Position numbers and translations under genes: made by a program. Below the pieces are notes generated by a model. That model was not told where the DNA came from and searched no databases. It saw nothing but the letters and a program-made list of their open reading frames with translations. Positions 61,616 through 64,000 of a stretch of 64,000 nt of DNA are shown here, piece by piece. This DNA is from Macrostomum lignano (lineage: Eukaryota). The stretch's first letter is position 1, and each line of letters begins with the position of its first letter. Location: contig NIVC01001326.1 in NCBI GenBank assembly GCA_002269645.1, positions 181,708-245,707 on the forward strand, written 5' to 3'.

Positions 61616-64000
61616 GTATGTATGAATCAGTATTATATTAGGGCATTTGGCATAATATCAAAAATGTTTTAGTAGAAAGCAATATTCCAATACCCTTTCT
61701 GAAAAAGAATCCTTGATATTGAAGTGGGGCAGAGAAAAGAAAATGAGATTTAAAAAAATTAGTTGGCCATTGTGTTTGCACAAATAAATCTCAAAAAATC
61801 ATGCAGATTAATTGCAATTTTTCTCCTATTTTACTCTAGCTGCTAGGGTCTTCAAATTCTGGGGGAGGGTAGTCATAATTGTAGCTAAGCGGTTGTTTAG
61901 TGGCATGGTCATTCAAATGGTAGACACCAAAGATTCTAACACTGTAAATTAATGTGTAAATATGTTGAGCTGATTACTATCAGTAAGGTAGAGCTGCCAC
62001 CACTGTAATTCTCATATTATGGAACAAAGAAGTCTCATAGCTTTCTTTGAGATGAGAACTTTGTGTTGTTTTATGTCCCACAGACAAATAATTCAAAATA
62101 GGCTATGGCTTAAAGATTAACATAAATATTGAAAATAAGATATATTTATAGTTTATTAATTGTTTGGTGGTTAAAACTGGATAAAGTATAGTAGGTCAAG
62201 TTTATTAGGAAATAATGTTGTGCTACTAAATTTACGACTGAGACTGACTTTGTGGGTGCCAAGTTGCTAAACTACAATAACAAAATTAAGGCTTACAATC
62301 AAAGCTTCACAGTTGGAATAAATGAGCTTAGTTGAGCAAGATAATGAGAGTAGGCTAGCAAAGTAAACAAAATGAAATACAAAATGTAAACAATTGAGAG
62401 AGAAGAGACTAGGGTTTTCATACATGCGCAACCCCCTGATTTACACTGGCCATGCAACTTACTTTTTGACCAAAAATGCAACTTACCTATAAAAGAAACC
62501 CTAATGCAATTTTGGATAAACAGCAGGAAAAATATGACTGTCTTATAAGGGCTAAATGCCTAGTCATCTAATTAGTACTATGTCTGTATTCTTTAGGCTG
62601 GGCATTTTCGCAACTTACCCCTGGTCTACCACAATTTACGGTGGCTAGATTGGCCAGGTCAGCCAGCAGTTGCGCATCTATAAGGGTTTTTGTAAACACG
62701 CAAAAGTAGGAAATTAAATAGTAAGCAGCCAGCAATCCAATAGGTAGGGGTGGATGCTGGACATAGTGGTAGGCATGGATAAACACAAAAGGGCAAAATT
62801 CCAAGAAAACAACAAAAATTAACAAAAGATCCATAGAGGGGATATTAGTAGGTTAGAACATAGAAAACAGAGAAAATTGCACTTGGACAAGCAAAGATAG
62901 GCCACGCTGGGGATAAACTGACATCAGGTAGTCAGAGCATAGAGGACTTCACATGCAAAAATTAATTCAGCTAAAATTAATAAGGTCAAGTCACAAATTT
63001 CAAGTGGCAACCTGCCTGCCACAATACCCTAATTCTAATACTTTATTCTCTTATTAGATTGGAATAAATGTTAAAAACCCATAGATGTGGATTTTAGAAT
63101 TTAGAATAGAATCAAATTATTTTACTACACTTTAGCATTATTTTGAGATGTTCCAAAATAGCATTTTCTGTCAAAATTGAAATTTTCTAACTTTCCTAAA
63201 TCAAAATTGAAAATTTCCAAAATCAAAATTCAGAAAAACAAAGTTTAGTTAGTATGACCAACACTCACTTTTTTACTTTTGATTTATTGCTTATGCAAAA
63301 CAAATTACATGTAAATATAATTAAAAATTAGTTTATTTTTAGCCACTTTTTTAGACTTTTTCAAAGTTTTAATTTCCAATTTTTTAAAATTAAAATTTGC
63401 TTTTAAAAATTCCAAATTTTAGAAAATCAAAAGTGAAATTTTAAAACATCTCTAAGCATTATAATATAAAATAAGCATTATAAGCATTATAAAAGGCACT
63501 GCAGTTCTGATGAAAAAACTAGAGTTCTACTACAGCTATGGATATAGCTATGGGAAGTTTTTGAATATAGTGGTTTTTAGATAAAGCATATGGATATAGT
63601 TATAGTTACAAGAACACATTTCCCATATCTAGTTTTTATTCAAATTTTTTAGAATAATGTGTTGCCGGGTGTGCCTCTCTCTTTGACAATGACTGCAATT
63701 GTCGATGTTTCTATTGAATTAAATAAGTTAGAGGTTTGATTTGTTTCTCTCAATCTCTAACCTTCAACAAGATGTTTATTACTAATTAATATTAGTAGCA
63801 ATTCCTAATAGGATATTGATCATGCAATTTTGCAAATTTGTTACGCAATTCAATGAAAATGGAGCCACAGGCTACTTATTGATATTGTCACACAAATTGA
63901 CATTTGTCCATATTTATCTCTGTTAAATTGGGATATTAGAGTTCAGGCCCGATTGTTGGGACAAGCTAGTGGAGCAGTTGAGGAGGCAAAGAGGCGGAGA

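Noticed and set aside
61800-64000. Scattered exon-like fragments (e.g. DAQLLADLANLATVNCGRPG|GTAAGT) near the window end
   Set aside because: I could not assemble a consistent frame or recognise a family. A gene may be present but is unsupported from this window.

Overview
Eukaryotic, intron-rich animal DNA with GC-rich exons, AT-rich spacers and introns filled with micro- and minisatellites. This pattern suggests a flatworm such as Macrostomum (inference only). Genes rebuilt by hand from GT-AG junctions and reading-frame continuity, in order: three tandem secreted fibrinogen-related (FReD) genes on the minus strand; RHBDD1-like rhomboid (-); BBS9/PTHB1 (+); PLEKHB/evectin-like PH protein (-); a small spliced neuropeptide-like precursor that the ORF track misses (+); a tandem-repeat galectin with degenerate sugar-binding sites (-); CCDC87-like (-); and a compact, intronless CHAF1A/p150 (+). 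The best candidate for a new system is the FReD cluster. Each gene carries two copies of a ~185-aa six-cysteine domain I cannot name, and the cores of exons 1-2 are almost identical between paralogues, while the fibrinogen domains and most introns are deeply diverged (a constant plus variable layout). Other highlights: a 37-bp TIR-to-TIR palindrome with a perfect 8-bp target duplication resembling a P-element excision footprint; Merlin, hAT and P-like MITEs; a tRNA-derived SINE family; intronic arrays built from splice-signal motifs; and a microsatellite-linked copy of a CCDC87 intron/exon junction 20 kb away.
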